Assembly (NCBI GenBank): GCA_965208125.1
Contig: OZ242320.1
Location: 4,640,001 to 4,704,000, forward strand
Direction: 5' to 3'
Length of the DNA stretch: 64,000 nucleotides
Source: Candidatus Latescibacterota bacterium
Lineage (GTDB): Bacteria; Latescibacterota; UBA2968
The notes under the pieces were generated by a model that saw nothing but the letters and a program-made list of their open reading frames with translations, was not told the origin of the DNA and ran no database searches. Below are positions 1 to 9,939 of this stretch, one piece after another. The translations under genes were made by a program, and so were the position numbers. Every line of letters begins with the position of its first letter. Position 1 is the first letter of the stretch.

Positions 1-216
1 AAAGGGATTGCAGAACACATCAGTGCGAAACACAAAAATCCGATTAACAATGCGCTGGAAGTGATTGTGGACGAAAGCCAGGCCGTGGTGGTGGAGTATG
101 AACCGGGTGATGCAACCTTTCACCATGGACGGACCCTGCATTATACGAGTGGGAATACAACAGATGAACCCAGGCGTGGGGTGTCGACGCATTTGTGGCC
201 CCCCGTAGAAAAGTAA
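1..216 (+). CDS. Phytanoyl-CoA dioxygenase (PhyH) family protein, C-terminal part (5' end outside window)
   Basis: Frame 1 translated by hand: ...VEYEPGDATFHHGRTLHYTSGNTTDEPRRGVSTHLWPPVEK*. Has the PGD-x-FH..H-x-SGN-x-RR tail of PhyH-type Fe/2OG dioxygenases; stop TAA at 214-216. Confidence 0.8.
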   Translation, partial: KGIAEHISAKHKNPINNALEVIVDESQAVVVEYEPGDATFHHGRTLHYTSGNTTDEPRRGVSTHLWPPVEK

Positions 217-245
217 TGAAAGAACCGTTTCCGGGAGCTTTACTC

Positions 246-1949
246 GTGGAAGAGAATAGACCAAACGTGATTATCCTGCTTACCGATGATCAGGGCTACG
301 GAGATTTGGCCTGCCATGGCAATCCGGAACTTCAAACGCCAGGCATGGACAAGCTGCGTGAAGAGAGTGTCCGCCTGGACAACTTCCATGTGGCGCCGAT
401 CTGTACGCCTACTCGCAGTCAACTCCTTACCGGATGTGATGCATTACGCAACGGTGCATACTCCTGGGCTTATGGGCATGAGTGCATTTTTCCTGAGATC
501 CCAACAATGGCTGACATTTTCAGGGCAAACGGCTATCAGACCGGGCATTTTGGAAAATGGCATCTCGGCGACAATTATCCCTTTCGTCCACATGACCGCG
601 GTTTTGATGCGTCGATCCACCACAAAGGCGCGGCCATTACGCAGACGCCGGATTACTGGAACAACGACTATTTCGATGATCACTATTGGGACAAAGACGA
701 GGTGAGACAATTTAAGGGGTATTGCACTGATGTGTGGTTTCGTGAAGCCATTGCCTTTATAGAGGAATGCCGCGAGGCTTCGGCTCCATTCTTTCTCTAC
801 CTTCCTACAAATTGTCCTCATGGTCCTCACTATGTTCCCGACCAATACCGTGAACCGTATCGGCATTTGGGACATAAACTTTCCAGCTTTTTTGGTATGA
901 TTGCCAATATAGATGAGAATATCACTCGGCTAGACGAGTTCCTGGAAGAGAATGAGCTGAAAGAGAATACGATCTTGATGTTCATGACCGACAATGGCGG
1001 TACGGCAGGTGTGGAATACTACAATGCAGGTATGCGGGGCAGCAAGGGCACGCTTTTCGAAGGCGGTCATCGCGTCCCGAGTTTTATCCGCTGGCCAAAG
1101 AGGAACCTCAATCATGGCCAGGATCTAAAGCAAGTGACTCAAGTTCAAGATATTCTGCCCACATTAATGGCCCTGTGTAGACTCGATGCACCCGAAGGTT
1201 TTTACTGCGATGGCGTGGACTTGACCCCGATCCTTCTCGGCGGTGAGAGCGAAACACTCAACGAACGGAAACTTGTGGTCCAGTTCACCAGGCGTCCGCC
1301 CGTGCCGCAAAAACATGATGCGTGTGTTATCTGGCAGAATTGGAGACTTATTTTCGGGAAGGAGTTGTACGATATCGGGAACGACTCCGCCCAGGAGAAT
1401 GACATTTCGGATGAATTTCCTGAAATAGTGGCTGAGCTAAAGAGACACTATGAAGCATGGTGGCAAGGTATTGAACCGAGTATCCAGCGAGTAAACGCGT
1501 TTCCTGTGGGTGGTGAGAATACGCAAGTTGTCGATTTGTGTCTCTTTGACTGGGATGATTTTGAAGGTGAGGCCAATAACACATCTCAACGTTCTGTTCG
1601 TCAGGGAGCCCGCATCTTTGGCGACTGGCACATTCAGATCGAAAAATCGGGTGAGTACGCTTTTGAGATGCGTCGCTGGCCGTCTGAAGCAGAGGCCGCT
1701 ATCGCAGGCGGGGTGGATGAATACCACGCGGAAGACGACATCTTTCCAGAAGGTACAAGCCTGCCGATAACAAAGGCACTACTCGTCGTTCAGGGAAAGA
1801 ACAGGGAGATAGCCGTTGGGCAGAACGACGCAACTGTAAGTGCTACTTTGAGCCTTGAAAAGGGCAAAACGACTATACGCTCTGTTTTCTGTGATCAGGA
1901 CGATGAGGTGCTGTGCGGCGTATATTATCTCAGGATCCGGTGTTTATAG
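246..1949 (+). CDS. Arylsulfatase (Cys-type, formylglycine-dependent) with C-terminal extension
   Basis: PNVIILLTDDQGYGD, CTPTR, GKWHLG, TDNG motifs. GTG at 246 follows a GGAG; ATG at 216, overlapping the upstream stop, is an alternative start. Confidence 0.92.
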   Translation: MEENRPNVIILLTDDQGYGDLACHGNPELQTPGMDKLREESVRLDNFHVAPICTPTRSQLLTGCDALRNGAYSWAYGHECIFPEIPTMADIFRANGYQTGHFGKWHLGDNYPFRPHDRGFDASIHHKGAAITQTPDYWNNDYFDDHYWDKDEVRQFKGYCTDVWFREAIAFIEECREASAPFFLYLPTNCPHGPHYVPDQYREPYRHLGHKLSSFFGMIANIDENITRLDEFLEENELKENTILMFMTDNGGTAGVEYYNAGMRGSKGTLFEGGHRVPSFIRWPKRNLNHGQDLKQVTQVQDILPTLMALCRLDAPEGFYCDGVDLTPILLGGESETLNERKLVVQFTRRPPVPQKHDACVIWQNWRLIFGKELYDIGNDSAQENDISDEFPEIVAELKRHYEAWWQGIEPSIQRVNAFPVGGENTQVVDLCLFDWDDFEGEANNTSQRSVRQGARIFGDWHIQIEKSGEYAFEMRRWPSEAEAAIAGGVDEYHAEDDIFPEGTSLPITKALLVVQGKNREIAVGQNDATVSATLSLEKGKTTIRSVFCDQDDEVLCGVYYLRIRCL

Positions 1950-2047
1950 TGGTCATTACAAGGAGGGAATCCGAAATATTTGTCCGAAAATATCTATGAA
2001 TAGGAAATCTATAGCTTTTTTTAACCCTTAAACCAATTGAGTTGATT

Positions 2048-3229
2048 ATGTCAAAACACTTAAATTTAGATGAGCGGCTGCGCGTTCCCTACTCCATCGG
2101 CACGGGCATTCCCAACGATGCGGAGATTGAGGGGTATGTGCAATCGCTGCGAACCCAGGGTTTCTGCGTCATCGAGCGGGTGATTCCCAAAGATCAGATC
2201 GATGCGGTGCGCGAGAGTGTACACCGGGGTCGCGAGTTGTTGCAACAGGACCGCGAGGCGGAGCGCCGCAAGCGCATAGAGGTAGAACGTCAAAGAGACC
2301 CCGATGCCGAGATCGACGACAGCCCTGAGCGCTTCGCAAGATGGCCCCAGGACCCGGTGCGGCCACCGATGGCACCGCGCGCCGAGCTGTGCGATATCGC
2401 GCGGTGCGAGACCTTCGCCGAGTACCTCGCGGAGCCTCGCGTACTGCGGGTTGCCAGAGCCATGCTCGATACGCACATCCGTATTTTGCAGACGGAGGTC
2501 AACAAGTCGTCGCGACCGGCGAAGAAACCGCTATCCGAGCAGCAACTTAAGCACCGCGGTTGGCATTCTGACTGGCCGCACGATCTGAGCGCGTATGGGC
2601 CAAACAGCGAACATCCATGGAAGCACTGCGGCGCAGTTGCCCAGCCCTTCCCCGACGTCTGCATGGCACTATCCACGGTCTGGTACCTCGGTCCGGAAGA
2701 CGTGACCCCGTTCAACGGCGGCACGTGGATCGTGCCGGGGTCGCACAAAGACCCGCGTAACCCGCGAGGTCCCGACGACGGCATCGATGCGCGCGCGCCA
2801 ATTCCAGGAGAATTCCAGGTCTCTGCCCCGGCGGGCTCGGTTTTTATGCAGGACACAAGGATCTGGCATTCGACCGGGCTTAACCAGAGCGAACACGAGC
2901 GCACGGCGGTGGTGTGCCGATATGGGCCGTGGTGGCTGTCTGGGAATGAGTTTGGCAACTTGCACTCGGGTGGCCACACACTAAGGACCTACGTGCCGCG
3001 AGAGGTTTTCGCCAGGTTCTCCCCGGAACTGAAGCTGCTGTATCGGCACATCGCCGAGGGCGAAGAGGATGTGCTACAGCCCGAGAACCAGCACAAGGCG
3101 TTGCGCGCCAGGTTTGTCGATCAACCGGAACTGCGCCATCCGGACCGCATCGGCGACAACAGCCACATCGTCGCCGGGGACATGAGCGTTGAGGAATGGG
3201 AACGCAGCCGAGGCGAGTCTGCCAGATGA
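2048..3229 (+). CDS. Phytanoyl-CoA dioxygenase (PhyH) family protein
   Basis: QGFCVIERVI, WHSDW (HxD), NGGTWIVPGSHK, AGSVFMQDTRIWH...N.S..R. Confidence 0.88.
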   Translation: MSKHLNLDERLRVPYSIGTGIPNDAEIEGYVQSLRTQGFCVIERVIPKDQIDAVRESVHRGRELLQQDREAERRKRIEVERQRDPDAEIDDSPERFARWPQDPVRPPMAPRAELCDIARCETFAEYLAEPRVLRVARAMLDTHIRILQTEVNKSSRPAKKPLSEQQLKHRGWHSDWPHDLSAYGPNSEHPWKHCGAVAQPFPDVCMALSTVWYLGPEDVTPFNGGTWIVPGSHKDPRNPRGPDDGIDARAPIPGEFQVSAPAGSVFMQDTRIWHSTGLNQSEHERTAVVCRYGPWWLSGNEFGNLHSGGHTLRTYVPREVFARFSPELKLLYRHIAEGEEDVLQPENQHKALRARFVDQPELRHPDRIGDNSHIVAGDMSVEEWERSRGESAR

Positions 3230-3253
3230 CAGAACCATTGTAGGAGGAGGGAT

Positions 3254-4375
3254 ATGAACCATACATACCGGGTCGGGGTGATCGGTTTTGCACATATGCA
3301 CGTCAACAATGTTGCCGCGTTGTTTGCACAACACTCGCAGGTTGACATGGTGGCCTGTGCGGATACCGTGCCGACGGTTCCCGAGTTGCGCGACGCGCCG
3401 TACACTCGTGGGTGGAACATGAAAAACGCGCTGAACGCGATAGGGATTCCGAAAGCGTACGAAGATTATAGGGAGATGCTGGCGAAGGAAGCGCTCGACA
3501 TCGCAATCTGCACGACCGAAAATGCGCGCCACCCGGAAGTGGTGGCCGCCTGCGCGCAGGCGAATGCTCATGTGTGCGTAGAGAAACCAATGGCAATGTC
3601 GATGTCTGATGCGTTGCAGATGGCCCGCGCTTGCGAAACCGCAGGGGTGACAATGGCGGTGAATTGGCCGATTACGTGGCGTCCTGCCGCGAGAAAGGCC
3701 AAAGAGCTGATTGATCAAGACGTGATCGGCCGCGTAATCGAAGTCCGTTGGCGGGGTGGTCACCGAGGACCGCTCGGGGCGGGTGTTAGTCATGCAGGCG
3801 TGAGCGGAGGTGCGGAAGCGATGACCGAACGGGAACTGGGCGCTACCTGGTGGCATCGCGTGTCGGATGGCGGGGGTGCGATGCTGGACTTCTGTTCCTA
3901 TGGAGCCCTTGTCGCGCGATGGTATATCGGTGAACCTGGCGTGTCGGCAATCGGAATGCGAGCGAACTTGAATAGCCCGTGGGGTGACGCAGACGACAAC
4001 GGCGTGATGATCGTCCGGTTCTCGCGTGCAATGGGCGTGTTTGAGGGAACCTGGACTACCAGGCATCAGGGAGTGCCGAATGGTCCGATCGTATATGGGA
4101 CAAAAGGCACGTTGGTGGCAGGAGGAGGTAGGGGCAAGCCAACTGTCCAGGTAGAGGCCGGTGAGAGTGCCACCTATTCGTGCGAGAGGCTGCCCCAGGG
4201 ACGTCGTCAGATATCCGAGGAATTAATTCACCATCTGGATACGGGTGAGCCTCTGCATGAAACGCTGCAGGTAGGCATGAATCTCGATGCAACGGCCATT
4301 GTGGATGCGGGAATCCGTTCTGCTGATAGCGGGCAATTGGAGCCTGTGAACGGCCCGAATTGGGCAATCGGATAG
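3254..4375 (+). CDS. Gfo/Idh/MocA family oxidoreductase
   Basis: VGVIGFAHMH, HVCVEKPMA, GGGAMLDFCSY; RBS AGGAGG upstream. Confidence 0.92.
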   Translation: MNHTYRVGVIGFAHMHVNNVAALFAQHSQVDMVACADTVPTVPELRDAPYTRGWNMKNALNAIGIPKAYEDYREMLAKEALDIAICTTENARHPEVVAACAQANAHVCVEKPMAMSMSDALQMARACETAGVTMAVNWPITWRPAARKAKELIDQDVIGRVIEVRWRGGHRGPLGAGVSHAGVSGGAEAMTERELGATWWHRVSDGGGAMLDFCSYGALVARWYIGEPGVSAIGMRANLNSPWGDADDNGVMIVRFSRAMGVFEGTWTTRHQGVPNGPIVYGTKGTLVAGGGRGKPTVQVEAGESATYSCERLPQGRRQISEELIHHLDTGEPLHETLQVGMNLDATAIVDAGIRSADSGQLEPVNGPNWAIG

Positions 4376-4394
4376 CAGGGTGAAAGGAGACGGT

Positions 4395-5894
4395 GTGCAA
4401 AGCTATGACGATTTCTTGATGGATGTCTATGAGTCCAGAGAAAAGATGGTTGCCGATCGACACCGCCCGCGATACCATTTTTTACCTCCAGAAGGTCGGT
4501 GGAATGACATAAATGGCGCGATTTACTGGAAGGGGCGATACCATATCGGATACCTCCAGAAGATTGCAAATGGACCCGGTGAGAGGGATTTTTCCAGTTG
4601 GCAGCATATTTCGAGCCGGGACCTTCTTCACTGGACCTACCACAAAGCATCTCTGCGAGAGCCGCTTGAAGGTAAAAAGGGAGATTATTTTAACAGTGGT
4701 GATGCGATGGAGGGATGTGAGGTTCCGACAATGATCACCAATATGCCGCGCAAAGGGATCTGCATTTACCAGTGTTACGATGATCAGCTTGACCATTGGG
4801 TTCCGCTCGATGAGAATCCAGTTATTCCCATCGATGCTGGCTGGAACCGCGTGACGAACATACTGGAGCCAGACGCGCCCTATCCGGAATGCGTGATTTT
4901 CGACCCGAGTGGTTGGAAGGAAGGGGATACGTACTACGCTCTGATCGGAAATAAGAACCACCGGCCCGGGTATGAAGGGGATTGCACAAGTCTGTTCAAG
5001 TCGAAGGATTTGAGAAATTGGGAATACGTTGGGCCTTTCTACAAGTCGGATCGAAAGTGGACGGAGGAGATCGAGGACTGCGCTTGTTCGGATTTCTTTC
5101 CGTTTGGCGATCGGTATATGCTGGTGATGCATACCCACCTGCCATTCTCAAAATGTCAGTATTACATCGGCCGATATGAAAACGAGCAATTTTACCCTGA
5201 AGAGAACGGTCAACTGAGCTATCTCGGCGGTCTTCTTGCCGGACCAGAAACTCTGATTGACGGGCGCGGTCGGAGGATTTTCTGGGGATGGATCCGCGAG
5301 GGCAGGAGTACGTCAAAGCACGGGTGGGGCAGCATCATGACACTGCCGTGGCATTTTATTCCCGATGCGGATAACCGTCTTGAAATTCGTCCGGTTGAGG
5401 AGCTTCAGGGATTGAGATACGACGGGTGTACCATCGATTCGGTGCGGGTAAAGGCTGGACAGGAACTCGCTTTGGAAGAATTGAACGGTACCTGTATGGA
5501 ATTGAAGTTTGCCATCCATCCTGGAAATACAAACACATTTGGATTCAAGCTGTTTTGCTCTCCCGGCTGTCAGGAGGAGACCGTCATTACCTACGATGGG
5601 ACGAAGAAGGAATTTGTCATCGATTTTTCGAATGCGAGTCTTGCAGATGACCTCGAATATCCCACGATGAAGCAGATCGTGCCATTCGAGCCGCGAAGCG
5701 GAGGGCCGTTACATTTACATGTGTTTGTTGATCGGTCGGTGATGGAGATTTTTGTCAATTCTCGGATTTGTATGGTTCAGAGGGTGTATCCGACTCGAGG
5801 GGATAGTGACCAGGTTCGGGTGTTCGCTTTGGATGGGTCCATCGTTGTGAGCGACATCGTGAAGTGGGAGATGGATGCGACGAATCCCTGGTGA
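4395..5894 (+). CDS. Glycoside hydrolase family 32-like protein with non-canonical catalytic motifs
   Basis: RPRYHFLPP, WNDING, SRDLLHW, FDP, DCACSDFF, RRIFWGWI, C-terminal beta-sandwich VFVDRSVMEIFVN...RVYP. GTG at 4395 follows AAAGGAG. Confidence 0.88.
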   Translation: MQSYDDFLMDVYESREKMVADRHRPRYHFLPPEGRWNDINGAIYWKGRYHIGYLQKIANGPGERDFSSWQHISSRDLLHWTYHKASLREPLEGKKGDYFNSGDAMEGCEVPTMITNMPRKGICIYQCYDDQLDHWVPLDENPVIPIDAGWNRVTNILEPDAPYPECVIFDPSGWKEGDTYYALIGNKNHRPGYEGDCTSLFKSKDLRNWEYVGPFYKSDRKWTEEIEDCACSDFFPFGDRYMLVMHTHLPFSKCQYYIGRYENEQFYPEENGQLSYLGGLLAGPETLIDGRGRRIFWGWIREGRSTSKHGWGSIMTLPWHFIPDADNRLEIRPVEELQGLRYDGCTIDSVRVKAGQELALEELNGTCMELKFAIHPGNTNTFGFKLFCSPGCQEETVITYDGTKKEFVIDFSNASLADDLEYPTMKQIVPFEPRSGGPLHLHVFVDRSVMEIFVNSRICMVQRVYPTRGDSDQVRVFALDGSIVVSDIVKWEMDATNPW

Positions 5895-5923
5895 TAAAGA
5901 AATAAGCTGAAGGGAGTAGTGCA

Positions 5924-7285
5924 ATGGGAAAACAAAATATTGAGAAGCCGAATATCATCTATATCATGCTGGATGAATGGGGATACTTTGAGTGGTCCGC
6001 CATGGGGCATCCTATTCTCCAAACGCCCAATATCGACAAGATGGCGTCTGAAGGCATCCGGTTTACTCAGATGCTTGCGGGAGGCAATGTCTGTGCGCCG
6101 ACGCGCTGTGCGCTGATGACAGGTCAGCATACGGGCCACACAACGATCCGCGCAAATGGCGGCGGTCTGGCACTGCGTACAGATGATATAACCATCGCTG
6201 AAATGCTCAAAGCCGAGGGCTACGCGACTGGCGGCTTCGGCAAGTGGGGCCTGGGTGATGCCGGGACAACGGGTGTGCCAGAGAAACACGGCTTCGATAC
6301 CTTCTTTGGTTACTATCACCAGGTGCATGCACACACGTACTATCCGAGGTACCTTCTCCACAATAGCGAGAAGATGTATCTGGAGGGGAATACAGGTGAT
6401 TTCCACACTGGCGAGGTGTTTTCCCATGGCCTCATCTATGAAGAAGGGCTGAAGTTCATACGAGAGAACAAAGATCGCCCGTTCTTTGCCTATCTTCCGT
6501 GGACACCTCCGCACGGCCAGTGGATGATGCCCGAATCGGATCCAGCATGGCAGAAGTACAGGGACGTGAAATGGGATGCCACGAACCAGAGAGGATCTTA
6601 CGATGCACAGATGTACGCCGCGATGATGGAAATGGCCGATCGCCAGATCGGTGAGATTATGGATCTGCTGAAGGCGTTGGAGATTGACGAGAAGACCATC
6701 ATCTTTGCTTGCGGCGACAATGGAGGTGCTACTTATTTCGCAAATGATAATCATCCGCATGGCTTTTTTGCCCCCAATCTGAATCCCGGGACGGGCGAAC
6801 GCTTCCGCGGGGGCAAGGGCAATTTCTATGAAGGCGGGCTACGGGTTCCCTTCATCGTCCGGTGGCCGGGTCAGATCGAGCCGGGAACGGTTTCTGATCA
6901 TCTGGGGTACTTTCCGGATGTGATGCCCACTCTGGCGGAACTGACGGGGGCGAAGATTGGGTCTGAGATTGATGGTATTTCGATCGCGCCTACATTGCAC
7001 GGTGAGACCGGGCGCACGCAGGAGCAGCACGAGTACCTGTACTGGGAGGATCGGAAAAGCTGCGCCGTTCGTATGGGGAGTTGGAAAGCCGTGAGACCAG
7101 ACAATGACGGGCCGTTTGAGTTGTATGACTTGAGCACAGATATTGAAGAACTGAACGATGTTGCTGCTCAGTATCCTGACATCCTCGAGAAGATGACGCA
7201 GTATGCCATGGAAGCTCACACACCAGTTCGCGAAGGCGAAATTCTCGATCCATCTATGGGATTCAAAGGACACGATGAGGATTAG
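5924..7285 (+). CDS. Arylsulfatase (Cys-type)
   Basis: PNIIYIMLDEWG, CAPTR, GKWGLG, FFGYYHQVHAH, GDNG. Confidence 0.93.
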   Translation: MGKQNIEKPNIIYIMLDEWGYFEWSAMGHPILQTPNIDKMASEGIRFTQMLAGGNVCAPTRCALMTGQHTGHTTIRANGGGLALRTDDITIAEMLKAEGYATGGFGKWGLGDAGTTGVPEKHGFDTFFGYYHQVHAHTYYPRYLLHNSEKMYLEGNTGDFHTGEVFSHGLIYEEGLKFIRENKDRPFFAYLPWTPPHGQWMMPESDPAWQKYRDVKWDATNQRGSYDAQMYAAMMEMADRQIGEIMDLLKALEIDEKTIIFACGDNGGATYFANDNHPHGFFAPNLNPGTGERFRGGKGNFYEGGLRVPFIVRWPGQIEPGTVSDHLGYFPDVMPTLAELTGAKIGSEIDGISIAPTLHGETGRTQEQHEYLYWEDRKSCAVRMGSWKAVRPDNDGPFELYDLSTDIEELNDVAAQYPDILEKMTQYAMEAHTPVREGEILDPSMGFKGHDED

Positions 7286-7292
7286 GCAGTTC

Positions 7293-8657
7293 ATGGCAGA
7301 TATTAAAGCAAATAAAAGCAATCAACCCAATGTGCTCTTTATCGCCATTGACGATCTGTGTGGCTGTCCCGATGCGATGAACGGAGAAACATCTGTTCAT
7401 ACTCCCAATATGAATGCGCTTGCCCAAAAGGGCGTGTATTTCACCAATGCACATTGTGCAGCGCCTGCCTGCAATCCTTCACGTGTAAGTGTGATGACCG
7501 GATTGGCTCCATCTACATCAGGGGTGTATCTCAACAGGCAGGACTGGCGAGATTGTAAGAACCTGAGAGATAGGGTTACACTGCCTCAATATTTTAAGGA
7601 CAAGGGGTACAAAACCCTTGGCGGCGGAAAGGTGTACCACGGGGCGACCCTGAGCGAAAAGATGTATATGGGATATCTCGATCCCCGTCCCTGGGACGAA
7701 TACTTTCCATCGAAGAACCGTCAAATGCCTCAGGAAGTCGCGCCAGATGTTTGGCCTGTAAATGGGAACAAAAAGTTTTATCGCGGATATTTTGATTGGG
7801 CGGGATTGGATATTGAAACGGGTGAAATGGCCGATGCCAAAGTCGTGTCGTGGGCAGAACAACAACTGTCTCAAGACCATGGTCAACCTTTGTTTTTGGC
7901 CGTGGGGATCTATCGACCGCATATTCCATGGTATGTGCCAGAAGAATATTTCGAGAGACATCCCTATGACGAAGTTGCAGTACCTGAGGTTCTTGAAAAC
8001 GATCTGGATGATGTGCCAGAAGCGGGTCGGGCTATGGCCAGGCGCACATGGCATAAATGGATGGTTGAAAATGACAAATGGAAAGAGGCTATTCAGGCAT
8101 ATCAGGCGGCTGTCAGTTTTACCGACGACATGGTTGGGCGTCTATTAGCTGCACTTCAAAATGGACCTCCCGCCGAAAATACTATTGTTGTGTTGTGGTC
8201 AGACAATGGATATCATCTGGGGCAAAAGGAGCATTGGGAGAAATTCGCATTGTGGGAGCAGACCACGCGGGTACCGATGATCATCGTTGCGCCTGGAGAG
8301 ATTGCCTCGAGCAAGGTCTGCAAACAGGCTGTCAGTCTGCTCGATATTTATCCTACACTGATCGAATTGTCAGGCGGTAAAATATCAGGAGATTTTGATG
8401 GCGTGAGTCTGGTCCCTTTGCTGCACAACCCTGAGGAAGAGACCCATCGCGCAGTGGTCTGTACACAGGGATTCAATAATCATGCAATAAGATCGGATAG
8501 GTGGCGTTATATCCGATATGAGGATGGCTCGGAAGAATTATACGACCATCAAAACGATGGGCAAGAGTTCCACAATCTGGCAGATCGGGAAGCGTATGTT
8601 TCCGTCAAACAAGAACTGGCATCATGGTTGCCAAAACACAATGCGGAACCACAATAG
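7293..8657 (+). CDS. Sulfatase, iduronate-2-sulfatase/choline-sulfatase-like
   Basis: PNVLFIAIDDL, CNPSR, GKVYH, GIYRPHIPW, SDNGYHLGQKEHWEKF. Confidence 0.92.
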   Translation: MADIKANKSNQPNVLFIAIDDLCGCPDAMNGETSVHTPNMNALAQKGVYFTNAHCAAPACNPSRVSVMTGLAPSTSGVYLNRQDWRDCKNLRDRVTLPQYFKDKGYKTLGGGKVYHGATLSEKMYMGYLDPRPWDEYFPSKNRQMPQEVAPDVWPVNGNKKFYRGYFDWAGLDIETGEMADAKVVSWAEQQLSQDHGQPLFLAVGIYRPHIPWYVPEEYFERHPYDEVAVPEVLENDLDDVPEAGRAMARRTWHKWMVENDKWKEAIQAYQAAVSFTDDMVGRLLAALQNGPPAENTIVVLWSDNGYHLGQKEHWEKFALWEQTTRVPMIIVAPGEIASSKVCKQAVSLLDIYPTLIELSGGKISGDFDGVSLVPLLHNPEEETHRAVVCTQGFNNHAIRSDRWRYIRYEDGSEELYDHQNDGQEFHNLADREAYVSVKQELASWLPKHNAEPQ

Positions 8658-8681
8658 ATGGTAACAATCAGGGAGAATGCT

Positions 8682-8846
8682 ATGAAACTCACCACTGAAC
8701 AAATCCGTGAATTTTACCACCGGGGTCATGTCAAAATTCCTGGTGCGATCTCAAAATCAATGGTTGACACGGCTCGTAAAGCGATCAACTATTCCATCGG
8801 CACACTCAGCTTTTCCTGTGTCCGCGAAGTGATGGGCCTTGACTAA
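8682..8846 (+). pseudogene. Truncated PhyH-family N-terminus joined to an unrelated tail
   Basis: MKLTTEQIREFYHRGHVKIPGAI is a typical PhyH N-terminus with an RBS (GGAG), but the ORF stops after 54 codons and has no HxD motif. Confidence 0.65.
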
Positions 8847-8878
8847 AAACTTCAAGCGACTGACGTGAAGGAGATTGT

Positions 8879-9931
8879 ATGACAGCAAAAACCCTGATTG
8901 ACTACTTCCTTCCCATGGAGCCTCGGGGACCTCTGGTTTCCGAGGGAGTCTGGGGCGATTCGAATGTGTTGCCGCGCGATATCCAAAACGGGGTGGAAGA
9001 CGCCAGACTGGAGAATTGGTGCTACTGGGACGGTAAGATTGTGAAGGACGATGAGGGGCGCTATCACATCTATGCCAGCCGCTGGCATCACGCCTTTACG
9101 CACCGCACCGGCTGGAAAGAAGACTCAAAAGGCATACACGCTGTCAGCGACCATGTTATGGGGCCTTATGAGGATAAGGGCCTTCTCTGGCCCCACTGGC
9201 AGGGCGGTAAGGGACACAATGTGATCGGACTGAGGATGCACGATGGTCGGTACGCCACGGTGACAAGTGAGATTACTGAGGGAGAGGTCTTTGTTTCCGA
9301 ATCGCCAGACGGCCCGTTTGAACTGCTCGGCAGGATCAAGGTAGATTTCAACGGATTTGATCCGGCGCTTGCCCGCTATGAAAGGAACGGTCGCATGGCC
9401 AATGTCAAAATCCTGCTGCGACCGGATGGAAGATACATGATTGTCCCCCGGTCCACTGCTACCCTGATCAGCGAAAGCGGCATTCTGGGGCCTTATAAGA
9501 TCATGAGCGATCGGTTGTACGATAAATATCCAGAACTGCCTCAGACGCGAAATGAGGATCCAAGTGTCTGGTACAGCGGCGGCCTGTATCACATTGTGTA
9601 CAACCATTGGCCTACCGGAATATCTTATCACTTTACGTCCGAAGATGGTATTCATAACTGGACGTATCGGGGCGTTGCCTTCCGCAAAGAGGCCATGGTA
9701 TTTCGCTATACAGATGGAACTGTGAACCACTGGGAGATGGTAGAGCGTCCGACCGCATATGTCGAAGACGGCCACGTCACGCACTTCATCTTCTCGGTCA
9801 TTGATGTGAAGAAAGCGGAAGACCTGGGAAACGATAATCACGCCAGCAAGATTGTCGTCGTGCCGTTCGACGGAGCGTTGTTTGACCGGGACATGCAGGA
9901 GATTGTGGCGGCCGAAAAGGCAACGGGCTAA
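8879..9931 (+). CDS. Five-bladed beta-propeller glycoside hydrolase (GH43/32/62/117/130 superfamily-like)
   Basis: YWDGKIVKDDEGRYHIYASRW, AVSD..GPY, EDPSVW, ERP motifs; RBS AAGGAG. Confidence 0.75.
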   Translation: MTAKTLIDYFLPMEPRGPLVSEGVWGDSNVLPRDIQNGVEDARLENWCYWDGKIVKDDEGRYHIYASRWHHAFTHRTGWKEDSKGIHAVSDHVMGPYEDKGLLWPHWQGGKGHNVIGLRMHDGRYATVTSEITEGEVFVSESPDGPFELLGRIKVDFNGFDPALARYERNGRMANVKILLRPDGRYMIVPRSTATLISESGILGPYKIMSDRLYDKYPELPQTRNEDPSVWYSGGLYHIVYNHWPTGISYHFTSEDGIHNWTYRGVAFRKEAMVFRYTDGTVNHWEMVERPTAYVEDGHVTHFIFSVIDVKKAEDLGNDNHASKIVVVPFDGALFDRDMQEIVAAEKATG

Positions 9932-9939
9932 AAGCTATT
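9927..9939. repeat. 13-bp direct repeat GCTAAAAGCTATT, copy 1
   Basis: Identical to 11361-11373; overlaps the stop codons of both convergent genes. Confidence 0.7.

Noticed and set aside
2011-2020. Partial AGCTTTT / AAAAGCT matches to the 13-bp repeat (also near 8808 and 50914)
   Set aside because: Matches of 7-10 bp are expected by chance at this frequency and cannot be counted as further cassette sites without a statistical test.
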